A stretch of 64,000 nucleotides of DNA from the NCBI RefSeq assembly GCF_009914755.1, contig NC_060936.1. The stretch is one strand, 5' to 3'. Each line of letters begins with the position of its first letter. Within the stretch, counting starts at the first letter, position 1. The stretch is from the human T2T-CHM13v2.0 reference genome, Homo sapiens. The position numbers were made by a program, and so were the translations under genes. The notes beneath the pieces were generated by a model, which was given only the letters and a program-made list of their open reading frames with translations, had not been told where the DNA came from and searched no databases. This document shows, in pieces, positions 51,620 to 64,000 of the stretch.

Positions 51620-53657
51620 TGAAATCTCCAGCTGCAAATTCCACAAAAAGGGTGTTTAACATCTGCTCTTCTAAAGGAAAGTTCAACTCTATGAGTTGAA
51701 TACACACAGCACAAAGAAGTTACTGAGACTTCTCCTATCAAACATTATATGAAGAAATCCCGTTTCCAACGAAGGCCTCAAAGAGGTCCAAATATCTGCT
51801 TGCAGACTTTACAGACAGAGTGTTTCCAAACTGCTCCATCAAAAGAAAGGTTAAACTCCTTGAGTTGAACACACACATCACAAAGTAGTTTCTGTGAATG
51901 ATTCTGTCTAGTTTTTATACGAAGATGTTTCCTTTTCTACCTTTGGTCTCAAAGCGATTGAAATCTCCACATGGAAACTCCACAAAAAGAGTGTTTCAAA
52001 TCTGCTCTTTCTGAAGGAAGGTTCAACTCTGTGAGTTGAATACACACACCACAAATAAGTTACTGAGAATTCTTCTGTGTAACATTATATGAGGAAATCC
52101 CGTTTCCAACGAAGGCCTCAAAGAGGTCCAAATATCCACTTGCAGACTTTACAAAGACAGTGTCTCCAAACTCCTCCATCAAAAGAAAGGTTATACTCTG
52201 TGAATTGAACGCACACATCACAAAGTAGTTTCTGAGAATGATTCTGTCTAGTTTTTATACGAAGATATTTCCTTTTCTACATTTGGCCTAAAAGCGCTTG
52301 AAATCTCCACCTGCAAATATCACAAAAAGAGGGTTTCACATCTGCTCTGTCTAAAGGACAGTTCACCTCTGTGAGTTGAATAGAGGTAACACAAGGAACT
52401 TACTCAGTATTCTTCTTTCTAGCATTCTATGAAGAAATCCCGTTTCCAACGAAGGCCCCAAAGAGATCCAAATATCTGCTTGCAGACTTTACAGACAGAG
52501 TTTTTCCAAACTGCTCCATCAAAAGAAAGGTTAAACTCCTTGAGTTGAACACACACATCACAAAGTAGTTTCTGTGAATGATTCTGTCTAGTTTTTATAA
52601 GAAGATGTTTCCTTTTCTACCTTTGGTCTCAAAGCGATTGAAATCTCCACATGGAAACTCCTCAAAAAGAGTGTTTCAAATCTGCTCTTTCTGAAGGAAG
52701 GTTCAACTCTGTGAGTTGAATACACACACCACAAATAAGTTACTGAGAATTCTTCTGTGTAACATTATATGAGGAAATCCCGTTTCCATCGAAGGCCTCA
52801 AAGAGGTCCAAATATCCACTTGCAGACTTTACAAAGACAGTGTCTCCAAACTCCTCCATCAAAAGAAAGGTTATACTCTGTGAATTGAACGCACACATCA
52901 CAAAGTAGTTTCTGAGAATGATTCTGTCTAGTTTTTATACGAAGATATTTCCTTTTCTACATTTGGCCTAAAAGCGCTTGAAATCTCCACCTGCAAATAT
53001 CACAAAAAGAGGGTTTCACATCTGCTCTGTCTAAAGGACAGTTCACCTCTGTGAGTTGAATAGAGGCAACACAAAGAACTTACTCAGTATTCTTCTTTCT
53101 AGCATTCTATGAAGAAATCCCGTTTCCAACGAAGGCCTCAAAGAGGTCAAATATCTGCTTGCAGACTTTACAGACAGAGTGTTTCCAAACTACTCGATGA
53201 AAAGAAAGCTTAAACTCCTTGAGTTGAACGCACACATCACAAAGTAGTTTCTGAGAATGATTCTGTCTAGTTTTTATACGAAGATGTTTCCTTTTCTACA
53301 TTTGGTCTGAAAGCGATTGAAATCTCCAACTGGAAACTGCACAAATAGGCTGTTTCAAATCTGCTCTGTCTAAAGGAAGGTTCAGCTCTGTGAGTTGAAT
53401 ACACACACCACAAATAAGTTACTGAGAATTCTTCTGTCGAACATTACAGGAAGAAATCCCGTTTCCAATGAAGGCCTCAAAGAGGTCCAAATATCCACTT
53501 GCGGACATTACAAACAGTGTGTTTCCCAACTGCTCCATCAAAAGAAAGGTTAAACTCTGTGAGCTGAACACACACATCAAAAAGAAGTTTCTGTGAATGA
53601 TTCTGTCTAGATTTTATAAGAAGATGTTTCCTTTTCTACCGTAGGCCTCAAAGCGCT
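51620..53657 (-). repeat. 12-mer variant HOR ABCB'CD (2038 bp)
   Basis: Same order and marker set. Offsets are 4754 from 46866 and 35317 from 16303. Confidence 0.92.
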
Positions 53658-56600
53658 TGAAATCTCCAGCTGCAAATTCCACAAAAAGGGTGTTTAACAT
53701 CTGCTCTTCTAAAGGAAAGTTCAACTCTATGAGTTCAATACACACAGCACAAAGAAGTTACTGAGACTTCTCCTATCAAACATTATATGAAGAAATCCCG
53801 TTTCCAACGAAGGCCTCAAAGAGGTCCAAATATCTGCTTGCAGACTTTACAGACAGAGTGTTTCCAAACTGCTCCATCAAAACAAAGGTGAAACTCCTTG
53901 AGTTGAACACACACATCACAAAGTAGTTTCTGTGAATGATTCTGTCTAGTTTTTATACGAAGATGTTTCCTTTTCTACCTTTGGTCTCAAAGCGATTGAA
54001 ATCTCCACATGGAAACTCCACAAAAAGAGTGTTTCAAATCTGCTCTTTCTGAAGGAAGGTTCAACTCTGTGAGTTGAATACGCACACCACAAATAAGTTA
54101 CTGAGAATTCTTCTGTGCAACATTATATGAGGAAATCCCGTTTCCAACGAAGGCCTCAAAGAGGTCCAAATATCCACTTGCAGACTTTACAAAGACAGTG
54201 TCTCCAAACTCCTCCATCAAAAGAAAGGTTATACTCTGTGAATTGAACGCACACATCACAAAGTAGTTTCTGAGAATGATTCTGTCTAGTTTTTATACGA
54301 AGATATTTCCTTTTCTACATTTGGCCTAAAAGCGCTTGAAATCTCCACCTGCAAATATCACAAAAAGAGGGTTTCACATCTGCTCTGTCTAAAGGACAGT
54401 TCACCTCTGTGAGTTGAATAGAGGCAACACAAAGAACTTACTCAGTATTCTTCTTTCTAGCGTTCTATGAAGAAATCCCGTTTCCAACGAAGGCCTCAAA
54501 GAGGTCAAATATCTGCTTGCAGACTTTACAGACAGAGTGTTTCCAAACTACTCTATGAAAAGAAAGCTTAAACTCCTTGAGTTGAACGCACACATCACAA
54601 AGTAGTTTCTGAGAATGATTCTGTCTAGTTTTTATACGAAGATGTTTCCTTTTCTACATTTGGTCTCAAAGCGATTGAAATCTCCAACTGGAAACTGCAC
54701 AAATAGGGTGTTTCAAATCTGCTCTGTCTAAAGGAAGGTTCAACTCTGTGAGTTGAATACACACACCACAAATAAGTTACTGAGAATTCTTCTGTCGAAC
54801 ATTACTTGAAGAAATCCCGTTTCCAACGAAGGCCTCAAAGAGGTCCAAATATCCACTTGCAGACATTACAAACAGAGTGTTTCCAAACTGCTCCATCAAA
54901 AGAAAGGTTAAACTCTGTGAGCTGAACACACACATCAAAAAGAAGTTTCTGTGAATGATTCTGTCTAGATTTTATAAGAAGATGTTTCCTTTTCTACCGT
55001 AGGCCTCAAAGCGCTTGAAATCTCCAGCTGCAAATTCCACAAAAAGGGTGTTTAACATCTGCTCTTCTAAAGGAAAGTTCAACTCTATGAGTTGAATACA
55101 CACAGCACAAAGAAGTTACTGAGACTTCTCCTATCAAACATTATATGAAGAAATCCCTTTTTCAACGAAGGCCTCAAAGAGGTCCAAATATCTGCTTGCA
55201 GACTTTACAGACAGAGTGTTTCCAAACTGCTCCATCAAAAGAAAGGTTAAACTCCTTGAGTTGAACACACACATCACAAAGTAGTTTCTGTGAATGATTC
55301 TGTCTAGTTTTTATACGAAGATGTTTCCTTTTCTACCTTTGGTCTCAAAGCGATTGAAATCTCCACATGGAAACTCCACCAAAAGAGTGTTTCAAATCTG
55401 CTCTTTCTGAAGGAAGGTTCAACTCTGTGAGTTGAATACAGACACCACGAATAAGTTACTGAGAATTCTTCTGTGTAACATTATATGAGGAAATCCCGTT
55501 TCCAACGAAGGCCTCAAAGAGGTCCAAATATCTACTTGCAGACTTTACAAAGACAGTGTCTCCAAACTCCTCCATCAAAAGAAAGGTTATACTCTGTGAA
55601 TTGAACGCACACATCACAAAGTAGTTTCTGAGAATGATTCTGTCTAGTTTTTATACGAAGATATTTCCTTTTCTACATTTGGCCTAAAAGCGCTTGAAAT
55701 CTCCACCTGCAAATATCACAAAAAGAGGGTTTCACATCTGCTCTGTCTAAAGGACAGTTCACCTCTGTGAGTTGAATAGAGGCAACACAAAGAACTTACT
55801 CAGTATTCTTCTTTCTAGCGTTCTATGAAGAAATCCCGTTTCCAACGAAGGCCTCAAAGAGGTCAAATATCTGCTTGCAGACTTTACAGACAGAGTGTTT
55901 CCAAACTACTCTATGAAAAGAAAGCTTAAACTCCTTGAGTTGAACGCACACATCACAAAGTAGTTTCTGAGAATGATTCTGTCTAGTTTTTATACGAAGA
56001 TGTTTCCTTTTCTACATTTGGTCTCAAAGCGATTGAAATCTCCAACTGGAAACTGCACAAATAGGCTGTTTCAAATCTGCTCTGTCTAAAGGAAGGTTCA
56101 GCTCTGTGTGTTGAATACACACACCACAAATAAGTTACTGAGAATTCTTCTGTCGAACATTACAGGAAGAAATCCCGTTTCCAACGAAGGCCTCAAAGAG
56201 GTCCAAATATCCACTTGCGGACGTTACAAACAGTGTGTTTCCCAACTGCTCCATCAAAAGAAAGGTTAAACTCTGTGAGCTGAACACACACATCAAAAAG
56301 AAGTTTCTGTGAATGATTCTGTCTAGATTTTATAAGAAGATGTTCCTTTTCTACCGTAGGCCTCAAAGCGCTTGAAATCTCCAGCTGCAAATTCCACAAA
56401 AAGAGTGTTTAACATCTGCTCTTCTAAAGGAAAGTTCAACTCTATGAGTTGAATACACACAGCACAAAGAAGTTACTGAGACTTCTCCTATCAAACATTA
56501 TATGAAGAAATCCCGTTTCCAACGAAGGCCTCAAAGAGGTCCAAATGTCTGCTTGCAGACTTTACAGACAGAGTGTTTCCAAACTGCTCCATCAAAAGAA

Positions 56601-59600
56601 AGGTTAAACTCCTTGAGTTGGACACACACATCACAAAGTAGTTTCTGTGAATGATTCTGTCTAGTTTTTATACGAAGATGTTTCCTTTTCTACCTTTGGT
56701 CTCAAAGCGATTGAAATCTCCACATGGAAACTCCACAAAAAGAGTGTTTCAAATCTGCTCTTTCTGAAGGAAGGTTCAACTCTGTGAGTTGAATACACAC
56801 ACCACAAATAAGTTACTGAGAATTCTTCTGTGTAACATTATATGAGGAAATCCCGTTTCCAACGAAGGCCTCAAAGAGGTCCAAATATCCACTTGCAGAC
56901 TTTACAAAGACAGTGTCTCCAAACTCCTCCATCAAAAGAAAGGTTATACTCTGTGAATTGAACGCACACATCACAAAGTAGTTTCTGAGAATGATTCTGT
57001 CTAGTTTTTATACGAAGATATTTCCTTTTCTACATTTGGCCTAAAAGCGCTTGAAATCTCCACCTGCAAATATCACAAAAAGAGGGTTTCACATCTGCTC
57101 TGTCTAAAGGACAGTTCACCTCTGTGAGTTGAATAGAGGCAACACAAAGAACTTACTCAGTATTCTTCTTTCTAGCGTTCTATGAAGAAATCCCGTTTCC
57201 AACGAAGGCCTCAAAGAGCTCAAATATCTGCTTGCAGACTTTACAGACAGAGTGTTTCCAAACTACTCTATGAAAAGAAAGCTTAAACTCCTTGAGTTGA
57301 ACGCACACATCACAAAGTAGTTTCTGAGAATGATTCTGTCTAGTTTTTATACGAAGATGTTTCCTTTTCTACATTTGGTCTCAAAGCTCTTGAAATCTCC
57401 AACTGGAAACTGCACAAATAGGCTGTTTCAAATCTGCTCTGTCTAAAGGAAGGTTCAACTCTGTGAGTTGAATACACACACCACAAATAAGTTACTGAGA
57501 ATTCTTCTGTCGAACATTACTTGAAGAAAAACCGTTTCCAACGAAGGCCTCAAACAGGTCCAAATATCCACTTGCAGACGTTACAAACAGAGTGTTTCCA
57601 AACTGCTCCATCAAAAGAAAGGTTAAACTCTGTGAGCTGAACACACACATCAAAAAGAAGTTTCTGTGAATGATTCTGTCTAGATTTTATAAGAAGATGT
57701 TTCCTTTTCTACCGTAGGCCTCAAAGCGCTTGAAATCTCCAGCTGCAAATTCCACAAAAAGGGTGTTTAACATCTGCTCTTCTAAAGGAAAGTTCAACTC
57801 TATGAGTTGAATACACACAGCACAAAGAAGTTACTGAGACTTCTCCTATCAAACATTATATGAAGAAATCCCGTTTCCAACGAAGGCCTCAAAGAGGTCC
57901 AAATATCTGCTTGCAGACTTTACAGACAGAGTGTTTCCAAACTGCTCCATCAAAAGAAAGGTTAAACTCCTTGAGTTGAACACACACATCACAAAGTAGT
58001 TTCTGTGAATGATTCTGTCTAGTTTTTATACGAAGATGTTTCCTTTTCTACCTTTGGTCTCAAAGCGATTGAAATCTCCACATGGAAACTCCACAAAAAG
58101 AGTGTTTCAAATCTGCTCTTTCTGAAGGAAGGTTCAACTCTGTGAGTTGAATACACACACCACAAATAAGTTACTGAGAATTCTTCTGTGTAACATTATA
58201 TGAGGAAATCCCGTTTCCAACGAAGGCCTCAAAGAGGTCCAAATATCCACTTGCAGACTTTACAAAGACAGTGTCTCCAAACTCCTCCATCAAAAGAAAG
58301 GTTATACTCTGTGAATTGAACGCACACATCACAAAGTAGTTTCTGAGAATGATTCTGTCTAGTTTTTATACGAAGATATTTCCTTTTCTACATTTGGCCT
58401 AAAAGCGCTTGAAATCTCCACCTGCAAATATCACAAAAAGAGGGTTTCACATCTGCTCTGTCTAAAGGACAGTTCACCTCTGTGAGTTGAATAGAGGCAA
58501 CACAAAGAACTTACTCAGTATTCTTCTTTCTAGCGTTCTATGAAGAAATCCCGTTTCCAACGAAGGCCTCAAAGAGCTCAAATATCTGCTTGCAGACTTT
58601 ACAGACAGAGTGTTTCCAAACTACTCTATGAAAAGAAAGCTTAAACTCCTTGAGTTGAACGCACACATCACAAAGTAGTTTCTGAGAATGATTCTGTCTA
58701 GTTTTTATACGAAGATGTTTCCTTTTCTACATTTGGTCTCAAAGCTCTTGAAATCTCCAACTGGAAACTGCACAAATAGGGTGTTTCAAATCTGCTCTGT
58801 CTAAAGGAAGGTTCAACTCTGTGAGTTGAATACACACACCACAAATAAGTTACTGAGAATTCTTCTGTCGAACATTACTTGAAGAAATCCCGTTTCCAAC
58901 GAAGGCCTGAAACAGGTCCAAATATCCACTTGCAGACGTTACAAACAGAGTGTTTCCAAACTGCTCCATCAAAAGAAAGGTTAAACTCTGTGAGCTGAAC
59001 ACACACATCAAAAAGAAGTTTCTGTGAATGATTCTGTCTAGATTTTATAAGAAGATGTTTCCTTTTCTACCGTAGGCCTCAAAGCGCTTGAAATCTCCAG
59101 CTGCAAATTCCACAAAAAGGGTGTTTAACATCTGCTCTTCTAAAGGAAAGTTCAACTCTATGAGTTGAATACACACAGCACAAAGAAGTTACTGAGACTT
59201 CTCCTATCAAACATTATATGAAGAAATCCCGTTTCCAACGAAGGCCTCAAAGAGGTCCAAATATCTGCTTGCAGACTTTACAGACAGAGTGTTTCCAAAC
59301 TGCTCCATCAAAAGAAAGGTTAAACTCCTTGAGTTGAACACACACATCCCAAAGTAGTTTCTGTGAATGATTCTGTCTAGTTTTTATACGAAGATGTTTC
59401 CTTTTCTACCTTTGGTCTCAAAACGATTGAAATCTCCACATGGAAACTCCACAAAAAGAGTGTTTCAAATCTGCTCTTTCTGAAGGAAGGTTCAACTCTG
59501 TGAGTTGAATACACACACCACAAATAAGTTACTGAGAATTCTTCTGTGTAACATTATATGAGGAAATCCCGTTTCCAACGAAGGCCTCAAAGAGGTCCAA

Positions 59601-60446
59601 ATATCCACTTGCAGACTTTACAAAGACAGTGTCTCCAAACTCCTCCATCAAAAGAAAGGTTATACTCTGTGAATTGAACGCACACATCACAAAGTAGTTT
59701 CTGAGAATGATTCTGTCTAGTTTTTATACGAAGATATTTCCTTTTCTACATTTGGCCTAAAAGCGCTTGAAATCTCCACCTGCAAATATCACAAAAAGAG
59801 GGTTTCACATCTGCTCTGTCTAAAGGACAGTTCACCTCTGTGAGTTGAATAGAGGCAACACAAAGAACTTACTCAGTATTCTTCTTTCTAGCGTTCTATG
59901 AAGAAATCCCGTTTCCAACGAAGGCCTCAAAGAGGTCAAATATCTGCTTGCAGACTTTACAGACAGAGTGTTTCCAAACTACTCTATGAAAAGAAAGCTT
60001 AAACTCCTTGAGTTGAACGCACACATCACAAAGTAGTTTCTGAGAATGATTCTGTCTAGTTTTTATACGAAGATGTTTCCTTTTCTACATTTGGTCTCAA
60101 AGCTCTTGAAATCTCCAACTGGAAACTGCACAAATAGGCTGTTTCAAATCTGCTCTGTCTAAAGGAAGGTTCAACTCTGTGAGTTGAATACACACACCAC
60201 AAATAAGTTACTGAGAATTCTTCTGTCGAACATTACTTGAAGAAATCCCGTTTCCAACGAAGGCCTCAAAGAGGTCCAAATATCCACTTGCAGACGTTAC
60301 AAACAGAGTGTTTCCAAACTGCTCCATCAAAAGAAAGGTTAAACTCTGTGAGCTGAACACACACATCAAAAAGAAGTTTCTGTGAATGATTCTGTCTAGA
60401 TTTTATAAGAAGATGTTTCCTTTTCTACCGTAGGCCTCAAAGCGCT

Positions 60447-61805
60447 TGAAATCTCCAGCTGCAAATTCCACAAAAAGGGTGTTTAACATCTGCTCTTCTA
60501 AAGGAAAGTTCAACTCTATGAGTTGAATACACACAGCACAAAGAAGTTACTGAGACTTCTCCTATCAAACATTATATGAAGAAATCCCATTTCCAACGAA
60601 GGCCTCAAAGAGGTCCAAATATCTGCTTGCAGACTTTACAGACAGAGTGTTTCCAAACTGCTCCATCAAAAGAAAGGTTAAACTCCTTGAGTTGAACACA
60701 CACATCACAAAGTAGTTTCTGTGAATGATTCTGTCTAGTTTTTATACGAAGATGTTTCCTTTTCTACCTTTGGTCTCAAAGCGATTGAAATCTCCACATG
60801 GAAACTCCACAAAAAGAGTGTTTCAAATCTGCTCTTTCTGAAGGAAGGTTCAACTCTGTGAGTTGAATACACACACCACAAATAAGTTACTGAGAATTCT
60901 TCTGTGTAACATTATATGAGGAAATCCCGTTTCCAACGAAGGCCTCAAAGAGGTCCAAATATCCACTTGCAGACTTTACAAAGACAGTGTCTCCAAACTC
61001 CTCCATCAAAAGAAAGGTTATACTCTGTGAATTGAATGCACACATCACAAAGTAGTTTCTGAGAATGATTCTGTCTAGTTTTTATACGAAGATATTTCCT
61101 TTTCTACATTTGGCCTAAAAGCGCTTGAAATCTCCACCTGCAAATATCACAAAAAGAGGGTTTCACATCTGCTCTGTCTAAAGGACAGTTCACCTCTGTG
61201 AGTTGAATAGAGGCAACACAAAGAACTTACTCAGTATTCTTCTTTCTAGCATTCTATGAAGAAATCCCGTTTCCAACGAAGGCCCCAAAGAGGTCCAAAT
61301 ATCTGCTTGCAGACTTTACAGACAGAGTTTTTCCAAACTGCTCCATCAAAAGAAAGGTTAAACTCCTTGAGTTGAACACACACATCACAAAGTAGTTTCT
61401 GTGAATGATTCTGTCTAGTTTTTATAAGAAGATGTTTCCTTTTCTACCTTTGGTCTCAAAGCGATTGAAATCTCCACATGGAAACTCCTCAAAAAGAGTG
61501 TTTCAAATCTGCTCTTTCTGAAGGAAGGTTCAACTCTGTGAGTTGAATACACACACCACAAATAAGTTACTGAGAATTCTTCTGTGTAACATTATATGAG
61601 GAAATCCCGTTTCCAACGAAGGCCTCAAAGAGGTCCAAATATCCACTTGCGGACATTACAAACAGTGTGTTTCCCAACTGCTCCATCAAAAGAAAGGTTA
61701 AACTCTGTGAGCTGAACACACACATCAAAAAGAAGTTTCTGTGAATGATTCTGTCTAGATTTTATAAGAAGATGTTTCCTTTTCTACCGTAGGCCTCAAA
61801 GCGCT
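60447..61805 (-). repeat. Variant 8-mer HOR ABCB' (1359 bp)
   Basis: B' dimer present. The mutated CENP-B box cccAttt is shared with the 25130 and 26489 units. Confidence 0.9.
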
Positions 61806-64000
61806 TGAAATCTCCAGCTGCAAATTCCACAAAAAGGGTGTTTAACATCTGCTCTTCTAAAGGAAAGTTCAACTCTATGAGTTGAATACACACAGCACAA
61901 AGAAGTTACTGAGACTTCTCCTATCAAACATTATATGAAGAAATCCCGTTTCCAACGAAGGCCTCAAAGAGGTCCAAATGTCTGCTTGCAGACTTTACAG
62001 ACAGAGTGTTTCCAAACTGCTCCATCAAAAGAAAGGTTAAACTCCTTGAGTTGAACACACACATCACAAAGTAGTTTCTGTGAATGATTCTGTCTAGTTT
62101 TTATACGAAGATGTTTCCTTTTCTACCTTTGGTCTCAAAGCGATTGAAATCTCCACATGGAAACTCCACAAAAAGAGTGTTTCAAATCTGCTCTTTCTGA
62201 AGGAAGGTTCAACTCTGTGAGTTGAATACACACACCACAAATAAGTTACTGAGAATTCTTCTGTGTAACATTATATGAGGAAATCCCGTTTCCAACGACG
62301 GCCTCAAAGAGGTCCAAATATCCACTTGCAGACTTTACAAAGACAGTGTCTCCAAACTCCTCCATCAAAAGAAAGGTTATACTCTGTGAATTGAACGCAC
62401 ACATCACAAAGTAGTTTCTGAGAATGATTCTGTCTAGTTTTTATACGAAGATATTTCCTTTTCTACATTTGGCCTAAAAGCGCTTGAAATCTCCACCTGC
62501 AAATATCACAAAAAGAGGGTTTCACATCTGCTCTGTCTAAAGGACAGTTCACCTCTGTGAGTTGAATAGAGGCAACACAAAGAACTTACTCAGTATTCTT
62601 CTTTCTAGCGTTCTATGAAGAAATCCCGTTTCCAACGAAGGCCTCAAAGAGGTCAAATATCTGCTTGCAGACTTTACAGACAGAGTGTTTCCAAACTACT
62701 CTATGAAAAGAAAGCTTAAACTCCTTGAGTTGAACGCACACATCACAAAGTAGTTTCTGAGAATGATTCTGTCTAGTTTTTATACGAAGATGTTTCCTTT
62801 TCTACATTTGGTCTCAAAGCTCTTGAAATCTCCAACTGGAAACTGCACAAATAGGCTGTTTCAAATCTGCTCTGTCTAAAGGAAGGTTCAACTCTGTGAG
62901 TTGAATACACACACCACAAATAAGTTACTGAGAATTCTTCTGTCGAACATTACTTGAAGAAATCCCGTTTCCAACGAAGGCCTCAAAGAGGTCCAAATAT
63001 CCACTTGCAGACGTTACAAACAGAGTGTTTCCAAACTGCTCCATCAAAAGAAAGGTTAAACTCTGTGAGCTGAACACACACATCAAAAAGAAGTTTCTGT
63101 GAATGATTCTGTCTAGATTTTATAAGAAGATGTTTCCTTTTCTACCGTAGGCCTCAAAGCGCTTGAAATCTCCAGCTGCAAATTCCACAAAAAGGGTGTT
63201 TAACATCTGCTCTTCTAAAGGAAAGTTCAACTCTATGAGTTGAATACACACAGCACAAAGAAGTTACTGAGACTTCTCCTATCAAACATTATATGAAGAA
63301 ATCCCGTTTCCAACGAAGGCCTCAAAGAGGTCCAAATGTCTGCTTGCAGACTTTACAGACAGAGTGTTTCCAAACTGCTCCATCAAAAGAAAGGTTAAAC
63401 TCCTTGAGTTGAACACACACATCACAAAGTAGTTTCTGTGAATGATTCTGTCTAGTTTTTATACGAAGATGTTTCCTTTTCTACCTTTGGTCTCAAAGCG
63501 ATTGAAATCTCCACATGGAAACTCCACAAAAAGAGTGTTTCAAATCTGCTCTTTCTGAAGGAAGGTTCAACTCTGTGAGTTGAATACACACACCACAAAT
63601 AAGTTACTGAGAATTCTTCTGTGTAACATTATATGAGGAAATCCCGTTTCCAACGAAGGCCTCAAAGAGGTCCAAATATCCACTTGCAGACTTTACAAAG
63701 ACAGTGTCTCCAAACTCCTCCATCAAAAGAAAGGTTATACTCTGTGAATTGAACGCACACATCACAAAGTAGTTTCTGAGAATGATTCTGTCTAGTTTTT
63801 ATACGAAGATATTTCCTTTTCTACATTTGGCCTAAAAGCGCTTGAAATCTCCACCTGCAAATATCACAAAAAGAGGGTTTCACATCTGCTCTGTCTAAAG
63901 GACAGTTCACCTCTGTGAGTTGAATAGAGGCAACACAAAGAACTTACTCAGTATTCTTCTTTCTAGCATTCTATGAAGAAATCCCGTTTCCAACGAAGGC

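Larger units (their letters stand above)
1..64000 (-). repeat. Centromeric alpha-satellite HOR array, SF1 (dimeric) type, 1358-bp 8-mer HOR; tentatively human chromosome 12 D12Z3
   Basis: ~171-bp monomers with alphoid motifs (ttcaactctgtgagttgaat, aaatatccacttgcaga, ttctgtctagtttttat) run end to end, with a CENP-B box every ~340 bp. Unit starts fall at 1, 1359, 3398, 4756, 6115 ... 63164. The strand given is the one on which the box reads CTTCGTTGGAAACGGGA. Alpha-satellite identity is essentially certain. The chr12 assignment (about 0.7) rests on the 8-mer length with PvuII/HindIII periodicity and needs an alignment. Confidence 0.98.

Noticed and set aside
56193-56399. Identical second copy of the 68-aa ORF
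   Set aside because: Its identity reflects the 35317-bp duplication, not coding conservation.
139-64000. CRISPR-like appearance (conserved ~35-bp motif recurring at regular spacing)
   Set aside because: The intervening sequences are ~300 bp and themselves repeated. The motif is the CENP-B box region, and there are no cas genes.
1-64000. Transposon (L1/Alu) insertion, inversion or monomeric/divergent satellite boundary
   Set aside because: Every interval between unit starts is 1357-1359 or 2038-2039 bp and all boxes are in one orientation, leaving no room for non-satellite sequence.
1-64000. A novel biological system, or a code in the ordering of HOR variants
   Set aside because: The ordering is adequately explained by nested tandem duplication and conversion. 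Nothing in the sequence supports an additional function.

Overview
The whole 64 kb is one uninterrupted, single-orientation primate (almost certainly human) centromeric alpha-satellite array. It is made of ~171-bp monomers arranged as ~340-bp dimers, with a CENP-B box in every second monomer (suprachromosomal family 1 pattern), and organised into a highly homogeneous 1358-bp 8-monomer higher-order repeat (HOR). One PvuII and one HindIII site per canonical HOR point tentatively to chromosome 12 D12Z3. Using the PvuII-bearing monomer (TGAAATCTCCAGCTG) as unit start, I count 43 complete HOR units plus a partial one. Dimers are labelled A (ctccagctgc), B (ctccacatgg), C (ctccacctgc) and D (ctccaactgg). 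There are 29 canonical ABCD 8-mers, 7 variant ABCB' 8-mers, 4 ABCBCB' 12-mers and 3 ABCB'CD 12-mers. I see no genes, transposon insertions or inversions, and the two supplied ORFs are spurious. I find no evidence for a new gene system. What is of interest is the nested duplication history read from shared SNVs: 680-bp, 1358-bp, 4754-bp, 6114-bp and ~35-kb repeat layers, mappable recombinant junctions, and about 10 mutated CENP-B boxes. All counts and coordinates were read by eye.
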